This document shows, one piece after another, positions 10,159 through 23,553 of a stretch of DNA of 64,000 bases. The translations under genes and the position numbers were made by a program. Origin of the DNA: Chara braunii. Lineage: Eukaryota > Plantae > Charophyceae. Each line of letters begins with the position of its first letter. The first letter of the stretch is position 1. The stretch is taken from positions 5,142,665 to 5,206,664 of the forward strand of contig BFEA01000015.1 of NCBI GenBank assembly GCA_003427395.1. The letters are read 5' to 3'. A model generated the notes under the pieces. The model saw only the letters and a list, made by a program, of their open reading frames with translations, was not told the origin of the DNA and did not search any database.

Positions 10159-13100
10159 GGTGTAATAGGATGCTGCCAGGTTGGCAGATCCCGTGTCCGT
10201 AGAGAGGGACGAGGATAAAGGTGGAGATGGAGATGGAGCTGAAGGGGGGAGAGACAGCACCACCAAGGACTCAACACCGCACATACTCCAAAACTCAAAA
10301 GTGAAGAAAGAATGAAAATACAGACTGCAGCTGGGGTATAACCCCAGCGGACTGGAGTGCTACCGACGGCACTACCGGACTGACTGAACACACGACCTGT
10401 GAGATCAAGCGGACGGCCTGGTCCCACAGGCCGAACAGGCACAAAGCGAAATAGCCCCGGCCAGGGTAAATAGAGTCCCGCTGCACAATCCTCGGACCTG
10501 TAGTGGACTGCAAGAGAAATAAACACGCTATCCGCAAAAACAGCGGAACTTTACAAACAATAAGACTAAGAAACCTAGGATGCGGAGCAAGCTCCGTGCA
10601 GAGTCCATGAGTGCAGCCTAAGCTAAACACTGTCATAAAGAAAATGTCTGATATGAAAATCCTAACCATGAGCAAGAAAATGAAATGAGGCATAATACAA
10701 TCACAAAATTATGGAGGCAACTGGCCCAATGCTGAAAGGAAAAGACAACAATATAGAGGGGGTGAATGCATCCTCAGGACCGAAACTCCTAGGGGCAATT
10801 ACACACAAAAGTGGGGTAGGCCGTCAGGCTCGGGGTGGGAGAGAGAGAACGAAACAAAACCAATAGCCCTAACAAATAACCATGAAGTTGGGTAACGATC
10901 GACACAAGGGTGACACCATGCAAGGTCTACCATGAAATGGGAGCCTGGAATAGGGTGATATGCCTAACCAAAGGCATGGCCGACACTGAGGGAATGAATG
11001 CAATGGGCGAGGGGACCATGTATGCAACTCACCGCCTTGGAGGGAGCCAGACATTGGAGAAGGGAAGCCTAGATAACACTACGGTCCCAATGCGTATGCG
11101 CTACCAAGGGAGAGCCCAACTCTAGAAAAACTAGCTAGGAGATGCAGGGAGAACCATCATGCGATACATATGGGAATATACATAGTACGATGGTCGTGTG
11201 AAGTAGTCACGTCTAAAATAGGTGGTTAAGCTGATGAAGTAGCTGGAATCGTCGAAGTGGTTGATGACGTCGATGAGGAGTCGTCAGTCGAGGTTGATGT
11301 TGAGGCCAAACCACAATACTGACATCATGAAGTAAAGCTTACGATGGAGTACACGAAAATGTGAGCCAATATGAATGCAGAGAGATGATGAGAGGGTCAA
11401 CTGTCGTAATACGCGGGGCAACAACAAGAGCGTTCTGGACGCGAGGAAGTGTCCGTCTGCTGTTGAAGAACAGCCTCAGAGGGAGCAAGCTCATTCTCCG
11501 CGATCTCCTGAGCCAGAGGAAAAGGAAGAGGGTTAATCGGTTGGGCGGGAGCAGACATCTCAGCACGATGAGCACAATCGTATGCACGCACAAACGTCCT
11601 AGAGTGCTGCAAGTACTCAAAGGGCTCCTAAGTAGACTCCTCATCAAGATAGCCCTTTGACCGCACAAGGTATTCAATGCGTGGAGGGGTATTGTCAATA
11701 ACTTGGCGAGATATGATGTCAGAAATGACCTCCTCCTCACGATTGTCCTCCATTATAGGTGGAGGGCACTTACAAGGGTCCAACGAAACGCTTGAATGAT
11801 CTGCAATAAGGACGCAAAAGAAGACGTGATAGACATCGTGTACACAATATCAGCGAGCTTCACATGGAAACTCACCGGTCTATTGGCAGAACCATAACAG
11901 ATGGCCTGAAGGATCCAACATGGACCGAAGAAGCAATGCCTCAACTTGAAAAGCGTGTCCGCTCCTAGTAGCAAGTGGTTGGCGTCGATGAGCATATCAT
12001 TGTCAACTTCAAGGGCATGATCCATTCGCGATCGGTTGGCTCGTGCTGCCACACAGGTCGGGGAGGCAACTCTACTTTTGTGCGCGCGGTTAAAAAAAGC
12101 CTACATATGCTCAACCCAGTCGTCAAGAGTTGGGCAACCAGTGTCTATGTGCAACTGCAAGGGTTTGAGAAAGTCCACGGACACTCAAAGCTGATAGTCG
12201 AGGTCGAAATAGTATGGCAACATCCCCGTGGATCGCGAAACAACATGGTTGTATGCAATCTCTACGTGTGCAAGATATAAATCTCACTGCCAGTCATACT
12301 TGACTAACTTTTGGACGATATAGCTGAGAGTTGTATTAGTGACCTCGGTTTGACCACTCATCTCAAGGTGGGAGCTCAACTGAAATCCATACACGTCATG
12401 TAAGCGTCGCCAGAACGTGCTACCATCTTCACTCGAAAATAACACCCGGCATTGTATATGAATATAACGCACGTATTCGTTTATAATGCCTAGGCATTAG
12501 TAAATTGGTGGCAACTTCGGTGAGGACCCAAAATTCCGAAAAAAAAAAAAAAAAAGTAAAAACAATGTTATCCAAAATTGCAATGCGATTAGTGTTTGGC
12601 TAAGGGTCACTTCAAAATTCCTTATAAAACTCTATTAAAAAAATAGAAAAAATCAAACCGAATATACCCCTCGGAAGTCCAAACCCCTTTAACCCCCTTT
12701 AAAACCCATGCATACCCCCCTCCCCGTCCTTTCAAACCCATGAAGACTACCTTTGCAAGGCACTCTGCCCATGAAACATTCAAACATAACGCCAAGGCGG
12801 TCTCGGGCGCTATATTTGAAGGGGTGTTCTATTCTAAAAAAGGTGAGTAAGAACAAAAATCTGATCTTTTTATAAATTTATAATAAGTTGAATATCATGC
12901 TCGGACGTTGTTTTCGGGTGAAGACAATAGTGAAGCGCAAGTCTGGGTCAAAAATGATGCTCTGAGTGAGGCCGTGGTCTCTCACGCTTGAAGACGAGGT
13001 GGACAACCTCACAAGCGTCAATGCGATAGCAACACGTGATAAAAGTTGCGCACTTCATAAAGCGATCAATAATAACTAAGATAGCATCATGACCGCACTC

Positions 13101-16100
13101 AGTGGGAGGGCGGAGGGGACCAACCAAATCCATCGAGATGGACTGTCAACGACCCTCCAGTATGGGTAGGATGGAGTAGCCCATACGAAGGGTGGTTCAT
13201 ACTATTGAACTCCTAGTAGGTGCGACACTCCTAGACGTACCTCTGGATGAACTCCTCACAGTTCGGCCTGACGAATCTACGACAGACGCGATCCATAGTC
13301 TTTTAGAAGTCAATGTGACCTGCAGCTCACTGACCGTGGAACTTCGCTACTGCCTAAACACGAAGTTGTCCAATAGAGGGAACGCATACACATAGTTCTC
13401 GTCGCCCACAGTTACCACGCCTGTGTAGTAGTCAGGACCTTGCATGTGTAGATAGAAGACCGTTCGCACCTAGTGCGTCGCATGTAGACATCAAACTGTT
13501 CGCACCCGCTAGGTGTGACCGCACCAGGTGTTATACACAACGTAAGAAACTTATTCCTCCCTATAGAGTAGGAAGGAACGGTTGCACCTAGGCCTGACGC
13601 GTAGACCGCAAACAAACTTGATAATAAGAAGTCAAGCCTACAAAGAGTTCATGTGGAGATCCTTGCATCATCCATGTGGAGATCCTGCTCAAACACATTT
13701 TGTCCTAAGAAGTTTACTTTGTACTGGGCAAAAAGACATTGAGCTCGACGTAAGAGTCATGATGTCGTAACCATTGTAGGACATCTCGGAGTTGTCTAAT
13801 ATGGTCGTTTAAAGCACGACTACCTCTGTCAACCTTGGAAAATTAGGAAAACGGGTTGTTCCTGAAGAGTTTGGAGGTTGTCAAATGATGGTTGTCATTC
13901 ATAAATCTCATTGGCGACCATTGTTTTGTTTCAACCTCCTAAAAGGTTGGAGGCCCACCCGAGGCCTGCTATTTTCCCACTTGGCAAAGCTAATAGTGGT
14001 TTAAACCGCAACTCTGTTCGATACCGAAAAATTGGCATCCGATGAGTTAATTTTTAGTGGGGCCGGCCACCGGAAAGCGTATGCGGGCCTAGTCTCACAA
14101 TTCTCAAGCACAAACTTTGACGATTTTTTGCGCTTACAAGAATTGACAAAATTTGAAAAAAATATGAAAATTTAAAACCCTACAGATTCCAAGATCATTA
14201 AAAAAAAAAAAAAAAATAGATTGTGAAATAAATGTCGTGCCAATTAGTCACATTCGATATTTTTGCCACTCTACAATGTCTGGGGCAACCATAAAAGTAC
14301 CCCAACTTCACTTCTTTTTGTGCTCACTAGAACGCTGCAATAACTATGAAAATTGGAAGGTCTACAAATTTGTTCGTGCTCTTTCCAAAAAAAAACTAAG
14401 AAAAAAAAAAATTCTCAGACTTTCTCTGTGAAAGAAACTTTGTGCGGATTCATCTCATTTACCATTCTTACCACTCTACAATTTGTAGGCCAACAGGAAA
14501 GTACCCCAATTTCATCAATTTTTCACCCTCAGACGAATGCGTAAAAAAAATTGTAAGTAGAGGGTCTGTAGAGTTGGTCGTCATCTTTCCAATAAAAATA
14601 TTTACAAAATTAAAACAAATTGTTTCCACCACGAAACAAGTCGTGGCCGCAATTCATCACATTTCCCATTTCCCCCACTCTATCGGTTCTCCACACTGTG
14701 TTGTCAGTAGCCCTCATGAACCTATGTTACCGGTTTCAACGTCAGGTAGAGCGGTGGTCTAAGGTACAGCCGTAGATCAAAATGTCATGCAGACACACAA
14801 GAACGTACTCTTCAAGGATGTTCATGAAGATATTCTTCATCGCTATCTAAAAGGTAGCAAGAGCATTGGCGAGGCCAAATGGCATCACCATGAACTCGTA
14901 GTGGCCAAAGCATTAATTGGAAGGGTGTCTTCGACTGCTCCTCTACGATAATGCGGCTCTCATGGTAACTACTATGAAGATCTATCTTTGTAAAGAAATG
15001 GCTACCTCCTCATCTGCAAAGAGGCATGGGATAGTTGTTTTTAACAGTATAGTGGTTAAAACCATGATAATCGATACGAAGTCTGAGAATAACGTCCGCT
15101 TTGCAAGCAAAGAGAAAAGGTGCACCCAAGGGGAGGCACTAGATTTGATAAAATCCAAGCGAAGAAGCTCCTCAAGCCGACGCTTGAGTTCCAACACGGA
15201 AGTTTGGCACGAGTTGGATAGAATGCTCGACACCGCGCATTAAAGGGAATACATTGTAGGAAAAATACAAGGGAAGAACATCGCAGCACTCTTGAATCAG
15301 GTGACGAACAGGCTGGTTCAAGTCGACTGTGAATCGTGCGATTCCCTCGGCGTTTGCGTAGTCTCAAGGCATAAGCGTGAACTTGGTGGTGGATGACGTA
15401 GATGCTTGGGATGTCGAAGGAGTATCCTAGATGAAAAGGTAAATGTCGTGATGGGAGTTGCGAAGATGGAGGAAGGATACAATGGATTGCGCTTGAAGGA
15501 TATGAGCTCAACATCTCAGCATATACGATCCTAGTGGAGGAAATCAATAGTATTCAGCGAGCAGAGTGTGACGTCCTGCTAACGCATGAAGTGAGTGAAC
15601 TACGGGAAGAGGTAAAGCAGATGTTAGGGTGTCACCTAAAGGGGTGAGGGTCCCGAAAAGGTACATGAGATGAGGTGTCGCTCATGGTTCCGAGAACGGG
15701 GATACCATGGGTAAGACCACACTTGGTTTTGAGAACAAGTCTCCCGGTCTACCATTCGGCCTCTGTCAAGCAAAAGGTGGGACCACAAGTCGCCAAGGAT
15801 AAAATCGTACCTGATCGCCATTACATCATATGTGCAAAGGCGCAAAATCGTGGGATCGAGCGAATACTATCTGACATTTGCATCAGAAGGATAAAACGGG
15901 GGATAGATGCCGTTTGATCGAAAAAGCGTTTGTCTTATTATCTTCAAGAGTAACAAAGATACAAGAGCAAGACCCAGTGGTAAAAAAACAACCCTCCTTG
16001 ACAATGCAAAGGTGAATGAAATTGCCCTACGAGTCGAGGTCCTATAAAGCTAGGTGAAATTGAGGGAAAAAATAGGCAAGGTGCGATTAGGATCAGTGGT

Positions 16101-16250
16101 CAAAGTGGTGAGACGATCAGTGGTAAAGCGATAGGAGAGGTCTTCAAATTTCCAATTAGTGTCACGTGGTACTCTTGGAAATTGCCACGGGAAGGGAAAA
16201 AGCAAAACTGTTTGAAAAGCCACTTTCAACAAAATATTGCGCAACATCAG
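10159..16250 (-). mobile_element. Heavily degraded Ty3/gypsy chromovirus (protease-RT-RNaseH-integrase-chromodomain remnants) with nested insertions; outer limits approximate
   Basis: Minus-strand fragments in gypsy order: YDFILG (about 15800), [21 protein letters not shown] (about 15150), MDLVGPL..AILVIIDRF (12948-13133), GQTEVTN (about 12340), chromodomain IEYLVRSKGYLDEEST*EPFEYL (about 11610-11680). Confidence 0.75.
12423..12927. mobile_element. Tc1/mariner (pogo-like) MITE inserted in the gypsy integrase
   Basis: Imperfect TIRs CCATCTTCACTCGAAAATAAC / GTTGTTTTCGGGTGAAGACAA, with TA at 12421-12422 and 12928-12929. Removing the element and one TA restores the integrase peptide RFTSTFW. Confidence 0.85.
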
Positions 16251-17646
16251 TTACAAGTTGTAATAATAGTACCTAAAAACAATGATCGCGTGCGCTTTTG
16301 TAGCTCCAAACAGATCGTAAACCAATGCAAAAAATTTACAATCTAGTTCGTCGAAAATTTTCAATAAGGTGAAGGAAAAAAAAAATGGACACAAAACCCG
16401 CTCTTATACCAGTATAATGGGATGCTGTCCGGATGGCAGCTCCCATAACTGCAAACAAGAGGAGGAGGATGGAAATGGGGATGGGGCTGAAGAGGAGAGA
16501 GACGACACCACCAATGAACTCTACTTTGGCCTGCGTATGTGAGACAAGTCCTTTATATCTAGGAGCGTTTGAGAGATGTTCTGAACAATCCACAAGAGAA
16601 TTCACAGTTATTGTCATTTGATAACTGGTCAGTTGCCATTTTTCCCCTTCCCACTCAACTTTGACACCAAAACTCGACCAAACCCGACAAAAGTTCTTTT
16701 GGTTTCCGGTCTTTTGAACGATCCATATTAGTCCAGAGAATCCTTGAATTCGCCACAACAGGCAAATAGGAATAGCCAAAAGGAAGCAAGATTTGAATGA
16801 AAAAAGCTCGGGGGTGTGTCGGATTGGAAAAGGTTTGCGGGGTTGATGGACAAGGAGTGTGAATTAGAGTTGACAACATTAGATTGTGTCATGTGTCTTG
16901 TTATGAATGTTGGTGAGAAAAAGAGTGATTGCAACCTGAGAGGAGGAAAATCAACTAATTGTGTGAACTAGGGGATGAACCTTGACACCTCACCAAGATA
17001 TGACTCACTTTTGTTATATACTTCATGTTGGTTTTGTATTTGTGTTTGTGATATGGATTGAATGTTGGATAGATAAAGAAATATCAACTGCATTCGTCTC
17101 TTGCCTAAAAGGTCAGTCGAATGTGCACCCACTACTTCACTACAAATGAAACAAGGTTGCATGCACTGGGTGTCAATAATCGAAGAGACGTTTGGTTGAT
17201 AGGGCGTGTGGCTCTGGCCCGATGACTCAGTGTGGGGAGCTGAAACTTAACTTACACTAAGGATATCCCCCTCTTGCTTGGGTTAAGTAAAATATGAGCA
17301 AATGGGTTGATAATACTTGATATCCTTTTTGTGAGTAAATGGCTGGACATTCAAGTCAATCTCCCAATCCCGACCACGAGGTCACTCCTAAGCAATCAGT
17401 CCCACCCAAGCCTATTCGTATGAGCCGAAAAAAAGGTACTCCCTACCCTGCCCAACACGAAATGTCACTCTACTTGGACGATAACAACATCAACACATGC
17501 ATTTGCTTTGAAGTTTGAACTTTGAAGTGAATATATTATCATGCCAAACCATTTTCGTTTATTATTATAATTTGCTTCTCTGATGCCGTGTGACCTAATC
17601 CACATCCGAGACTATTTTTGGAATTGGGTCTGTGGCCGAACCTTTA

Positions 17647-18283
17647 TGAACACCGTGTCCTGGCTGTAGTGGTTAAGATACCTAGCACTTGAGGCCGAGG
17701 TCGCCGGTTCGAATCCGTGCTTGCATGGTGGAGGACGTCGGGCTCATGCTGGGATGGGTACCGCCATCCTGTAACCTCAGCTGTGAGGGGAGCTAGATGT
17801 GCAGATTCACTTAAGCTGCTGTGGAAGCACCCGTTAACCTCCGGGTGAGCCCGTGAGGTGGACGGGAGGGAGTACCAGTGGTAAGGATTTGTGCTGATTG
17901 GCAAGAGCAAGGTGTGCGAGAATTGCCATGTCCGTGTGGTGTTGTGCGTGGTGTATGTTGAGTTTGACACTACAGCCTTGCAGGGGTGGGGTGGATATCA
18001 TGACCCGTATGGTTCCACTTTTGAACACCGTGTCCTGGCTGTAGCAGTTAAGATACCTCGCTCTTGAGGCCGAGGTCGCCGGTTCGAATCCGTATTTGCA
18101 CGGTTCCACTTTTGAACACCGTGTCCTGGCTGTAGCGGTTAAGAGACCTGGCTCTTGAGGCCGAGGTCGCCGGTTCGAATCCGTACTTGCACAGTGGAGG
18201 ACGTCGGGCTCATGCTGGGATGGGTAGCACCATCCTGTAACCTCAGCTGTGAGGGGAGCTAGACGTGCAGATTCACTTAGCTG
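17647..18283 (+). mobile_element. tRNA-headed (Pol III A/B box) repeat element: about 170-bp repeat, about 200-bp spacer, extra head, about 170-bp repeat
   Basis: Three heads (17647, 18022, 18113), each with A box TGGCTGTAG(T/C)(G/A)G and B box GGTTCGAATCC. Copies 1 and 3 share the downstream ~90 bp. TTTATGAACA flanks the unit at 17643-17652 and 18285-18294. Confidence 0.75.
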
Positions 18284-18404
18284 ATTTATGAACAGTCCCT
18301 CATCGCCGAGGTTGTTTTGAGGAGGAAAGGGGTTGAAATCAATGTTTTAAACTTGACAGCTGGTTCTTTTGTACCAAAAGAGCCAGCAGGACCAGGGGCA
18401 TGAG

Positions 18405-18615
18405 GGCTAAACCACCACTCCATCCAACCTTGTTTTGACAAACCGAAAGTTATATTTCCCCAGGCCTAAAATCTACAGTGCCGCCGCGAAGAAAAATAAT
18501 TGTGGTACTGTTCCCCACCGAACCTCTGTCCGACCAAAGCACTATAGATTTTGGCCCTGTACTTGTGGACAAGAAAAATGAACAGTGCACGGGCCGTTGG
18601 AGTGATGGTTTAGAC
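18405..18615. mobile_element. MITE-like inverted-repeat element (second copy at about 23657-23875)
   Basis: Outer IR GGCTAAACCACCACTCCA / TGGAGTGATGGTTTAGAC and inner IR AAAATCTACAGTG / CACTATAGATTTT. The 3' half is clearly homologous to 23799-23875. No clear TSD. Confidence 0.6.
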
Positions 18616-20869
18616 AAATTCGGTTCAACTTGTTAACATGCAGCACAGATGACAAGGCACTCCACTTTTCAACCGACGGTTGAATATCATAACCCTTGTT
18701 CTTGGAAGTCTTGCAAAAAACCTCTACGCGTCTCAGACCCGCTTGAGCAATGTGTCACCATATTGTCAATCAAAAGCGGTCCACATTTTCAGATGGTACA
18801 CAAAGGTAAGCGAGCAAACATTTCCTTATGAAACAGATGCAGCATTTGACATGCGGATCCACTCGCTAAAAAAAATGGCAACGTCAAAAATTTAGGTGTG
18901 ATCTCGCAACAATTTTAGTTGCCCGACATGTACGCCACCGTGGGTGTTGTGGTTCACCTCTTCTATGCCGTTTAAGTGCTTCTTCAACAGACCGGCGCAA
19001 CCACACACACATGAAGAACCCTGCACCTTCATAATATGAAGTTTTCTTCCTCCTTGACTGCCATTTTTTTTCCTTTGCATATGCTCCTTTAGTTTGTAGT
19101 TTTGCACGAAAAATCTGCCTCGACCCAAATTCAAAGCAGATTAGCACCCACCCACCCACGGCAGATGCAAGCCTCTGCAAACTATTGGACATACCATAGA
19201 CTCATAAAAAAAAAAGAAAGGTGTGCCAAGGCCGGAATTACACACCACAGAAACATGTACAGAAACATGTTTGACATCTCGAAACAAACAAATGCTCTGC
19301 ATTTCCCTACAATCATTCCTAATGATTTCATCGAGGTATGCTCTCTCTATCCAATTGCGAAAACAGTGCGTCCATGCATCTGCACAGGCATGAACAGGCA
19401 CTGGTGAAAGTACGGCTAGTAACATTGGAACTTTCATTGGAACTTTCATTGGAACTTTCCTCCGGTGATGCAAACGGGCTTGCACATATTAATGGGGCTT
19501 GCACATATTAATTGTTATATGCGGGCTTGCACATATTAATTGTGGGGCTTGCAAATATTAATTGTTCATTCTCATTTTGCACGTTTGGCGAGTAGTGGAA
19601 CATAAGTAACCGAATTCGACTTGAAGAGAAAAATAACGACTCACCAAATGTACAAAATGAGAAAAGAGTCTTCCGCAGGAATACGAAAAGATACACCACC
19701 ATTCTTTCCCTGGGTCGATGTGGTGACTAGTAGAGCGAGGCCCTGCCGCTTTCCCAAATGCTCGTGACTGCGCATGACAGCAAGACCCACAACTAAGACC
19801 CGCTATGTACCTGTATTCCAATAGCTGGAAGTGCGAAGACGACAAAAACAAAATCGGGTGTGAAGCGGACACCAAACGACGCCCAAACTCGACCGAACCT
19901 TCCCGACGAAACATTACAAAAATGTGTGGGCAACAAACGACCGGGACTGCGGTGCCCCAACGGGGGCCGCCCACTGCTGGTTTCTCTTGGGCCAGTCGGA
20001 GGGTATTAGTCAGGACCCGCTTCATCCTTTAGGAGGCATAGGGATATCATACATTCCTTCCTCTTGGACTTCCAGCACATATCATGGAGGTAATTCAACA
20101 AACAACTCCCAGAGGGGGAGCTAGAATTCCTGTGGAAAGAATTCTAGGCCTGGGGTCCCTTTGTCCTCCATATCTCCAGTGCTGCAAACACTTCGCCCAT
20201 GAAAAGTTCTAAATCTTATTTTCAGACTGCCATGCGCTGCGACTGTGGTGTTGAGCATAGCCCAGTCTGATCCCCAGGCTGGCCCAAAATGCTGGGCAGA
20301 GTATGTAAATGCTGTGTCCATGAACTGAAATGGACCCAGAGTTCTAGAAGCTTCATAGGTTTAGGGCATAGTTTAGCTGTAGGTATGTTGGAGTATTTGG
20401 TTCCAGAGGCTTGAAGTAAGTTGTCACACTCCAGGAAGACATGAGTCTTTCCACGGGAGATGTATGTAGTGCCATTTAATGTTACACAAGAGAGAGGGTT
20501 TATGTTCACACATTTCGAGGGGGTAAATGGCAAAGTGATGTATAGTTCTCTGTCAATACTATTGTTGCCCATTCGGCCTTTTTCATTGTGAATTGCGTGG
20601 ATGGTCGCCGTCCGCTGCAAATGGGGACGCCGTCCCCAATGCAGTAGACACGCCCTATATAATAGGGGTGTCTATAATCAGGACGTCGTCCTGATTACTA
20701 CCGGTGACCTCACGTACAGATTATGTGTTGGTCAAGCATCTTATCATTTATTGCAATGAGATCACCATCCATGGAACATCAAACACAAAGCTTGCATCAC
20801 ATCAGATATGCACATGAGACACACACGAGATATGGAGTCCAGAAATATCTGAGTAGCCATGCAGGTAAG

Positions 20870-20927
<58 letters not shown>

Positions 20928-22497
20928 TCTCTCTCTCTACCTTCCTAGGCTGCCCTCACTCTCACAGTCAGTTGTCTCTCAGATTGCCTTCCTCTCTCTC
21001 TCCCTCTTCCCCCCCCCCCCTCTCTCTCTCATACTAAAACTNNNNNNNNNNNNNNNNNNNNNNNNNNNNNNNNNNNNNNNNNNNNNNNNNNNNNNNNNNN
21101 NNNNNNNNNNNNNNNNNNNNNNNNNNNNNNNNNNNNNNNNNNNNNNNNNNNNNNNNNNNNNNNNNNNNNNNNNNNNNNNNNNNNNNNNNNNNNNNNNNNN
21201 NNNNNNNNNNNNNNNNNCTGCCCTCACTCTCACAGTCCTCAGTTGTCTCTCAGATTGCCTTCCTCTCTCTCTACCTCTTCCCCCCCCCCCCTCTCTCTCT
21301 CATACTAAAACTATGGCTATGGCGCCCAGCGCCGTTGACCACACTGCCCTACGCTCTCTCTCACTTCATCAGTCGTAACTCCACCACACAAGACCACAGC
21401 AGTGCTTCTGCATTGAGTGCGAAGCATACACTCTTCACGTCCAAGCGCTACTGGGCATCCATACTCGCTGATCCATCTTCCACACTTCTGCCATTTTTGG
21501 GTTGGTACTGTTCCCTTTGTTTGCTGCTTCCAGAAGTTTATGGCTGCTTCACTGGACTGTCAGACACTTAGCCTAACGACTTCTGCTATCTTTGCTGAAG
21601 CTTGTTGTGCCTCCATGAAAATCAACTTTTCAACCCGTGCTGTCGACTACCAGGGACTTCCTACCACAACCTACTTAACTTACCTACCTAGGCATCTGTA
21701 ATCATTTACAAGCGAAAACTAGACGGACCATGTTCCTGTGCCATCATAGAAACATAATTTAATCAATCAAAACAAGGCAAAGCTTGTAGATAGGTTTTAT
21801 ATTCAATTAATTTTTCTGTACCTCTATGAAGTAAACCGATATGTGGTTCTTCTCCATTCATTTCCAAAAGTAATCTTAAAACACCATGATCAGCCGGGTG
21901 TTGAGGTCCAAAATTGAAAGTCAAATTTTTTATTTGTTTGTTTTAGCCATAAGCCTCCTGAAGTTTGACAAAAAGAATACAGGATCCCAAGTTCGCAATT
22001 GGTTGAAATTCGGGATCGCCAAACAGGCCGAAAGTGCAAACACTGGGGCTCGCCAATGGAACATGGACTGGGACTCAGAATTGGGACTCAAGGCTGGGAC
22101 TTGGGACTGGGACTTGGAACTGAACCGAGAGTACTAAGTTCTGTGAATACTTTCACTGTATAATTATGTCAAATTTATTCAATTATCGAGCAAATAAAAA
22201 ATTGTGATATATCCGTGATGCTGGACTCAGTGAACATATTTCTTGGTCTTGATAAAATCATAAAAGTTGATAAAACACAACTCCCATTTCCACAGCATCA
22301 ATGTCCCTACGAAGAAATCAGACCAAGTCACACAGGCTCTGGTTCTGAAACGGCTGATGTTGTGTCCTTACACAGTAGACTTCTTCCATAGCTGATATAG
22401 TGTTTATTCAACTTTATTGACTGTGTCCTTAGACCATAAGCCTCGTCAAATGTTTATCACCATGGTATTTTGTTGTTATTCCCTTGTATTTTGTTTA

Positions 22498-23553
22498 TGC
22501 GAGGAACGAGCCCTCACGGGGCCCCTATCAGACATACACATCTTCTGGGCAGAGGCCCCCAGCAAGCCGAGTTCCCGCCCTAAGTGAAGGCGGGCCTGAA
22601 TATTCATCAGAGGCCAAAATTCAACATTTTCATACGTGGGTACTCAGGCTGTTGCAGCCCGCCATGCGTGAGCCTCACTAAGCTGCGTCATACAGTTGGC
22701 CCAGGCCTTGGCAGTTGCGCCTGGGCACATACACACAATGCAGGGCCGATACATCACGAAGTGGCCAAAGGCCTACGCAAAGGCAGCACTGTCGACGTAC
22801 CTACCCCGCGTCCTGTGCAAATGCAGCAAACGGCCCAAGTCTGGAGACTCAGGCCGTGCCCAACTGTAAAGGGCCTTGGGCCCGGGCGTAGCCACTGGGG
22901 CCCAACCGGAAGCTACTGGAAGCTTCCAGCCAGGCCCCACACAGCCACACAGAGGCTGCCACTTCCATATAGGAAGGAGGGCAGCCAGGGCCGGGGTATT
23001 CTGGCCCACGCAGGCAATGCAGTCAAGCTGCTGCGCTGCTGCGTTAGAGGCTGCGTGCTGCGCTGAGGCCAGAGCGCGTGCGGGCGCGTGTGTGGTGAAG
23101 AGGGGCGCTGCAGCGGAACGCTAGCAGCCACAGCCGGGCTGCAGGGCGCTAGGGGGTAAGAGGGCGATTGGTGGTCTTCAGGAAGGAGGCGGTGTGGGTG
23201 GACAGGGTCTGATGAGGGGAGACGAGATACGTACCTGGTACATGAAGAGAGGTCCGCTATGGTGTTAACATCATGTACATTGGTCTTCGAGAGTCGAAGC
23301 GAGCCTGTTGCGAGAATGCTGATGTAGGTAGGACACTCGAGAAGTGTAGGCTGGGCGCTGGGCAGGAGTGCCTTTGGATACTGTGTAGGTGTGACCTGAG
23401 GGCTTGAACATTGGCTCATTACTTCATTGTATTGCTCTTATTTGGATGGGATCTCAGTGCATTTGTGCTCTCTGCTTGTACACTACTACTTGGTCATCTG
23501 TGTGATTTCACAACTTGGTTTTCTGTATATCGTTCCCACTCGTATTCCTTGCG
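22498..23553 (+). mobile_element. Solo LTR of the Ty3/gypsy family at 55015-63606
   Basis: Begins TGCGAGGAACGAGCCC and ends TTCCTTGCG. Colinear (inverted) with both LTRs of the full element. Flanked by TTTA on both sides (22494-22497, 23554-23557). Confidence 0.9.

Noticed and set aside
13830-14700. A single nested TIR element in the gypsy remnant
   Set aside because: AT-rich insert with hAT-like end fragments (about 14293 and 14699), but no matching pair of TIRs or TSD could be defined.
17653-17730. Functional tRNA genes (also 18028-18104, 18119-18195, 34770-34835, 53460-53525)
   Set aside because: A/B boxes are present, but anticodon arms and spacing are non-canonical and differ among copies, and there are no T-tract terminators.
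20948-21312. Direct repeat of about 95 bp on either side of the N gap
   Set aside because: Near-identical sequence flanking a gap is most likely a scaffolding overlap artefact.
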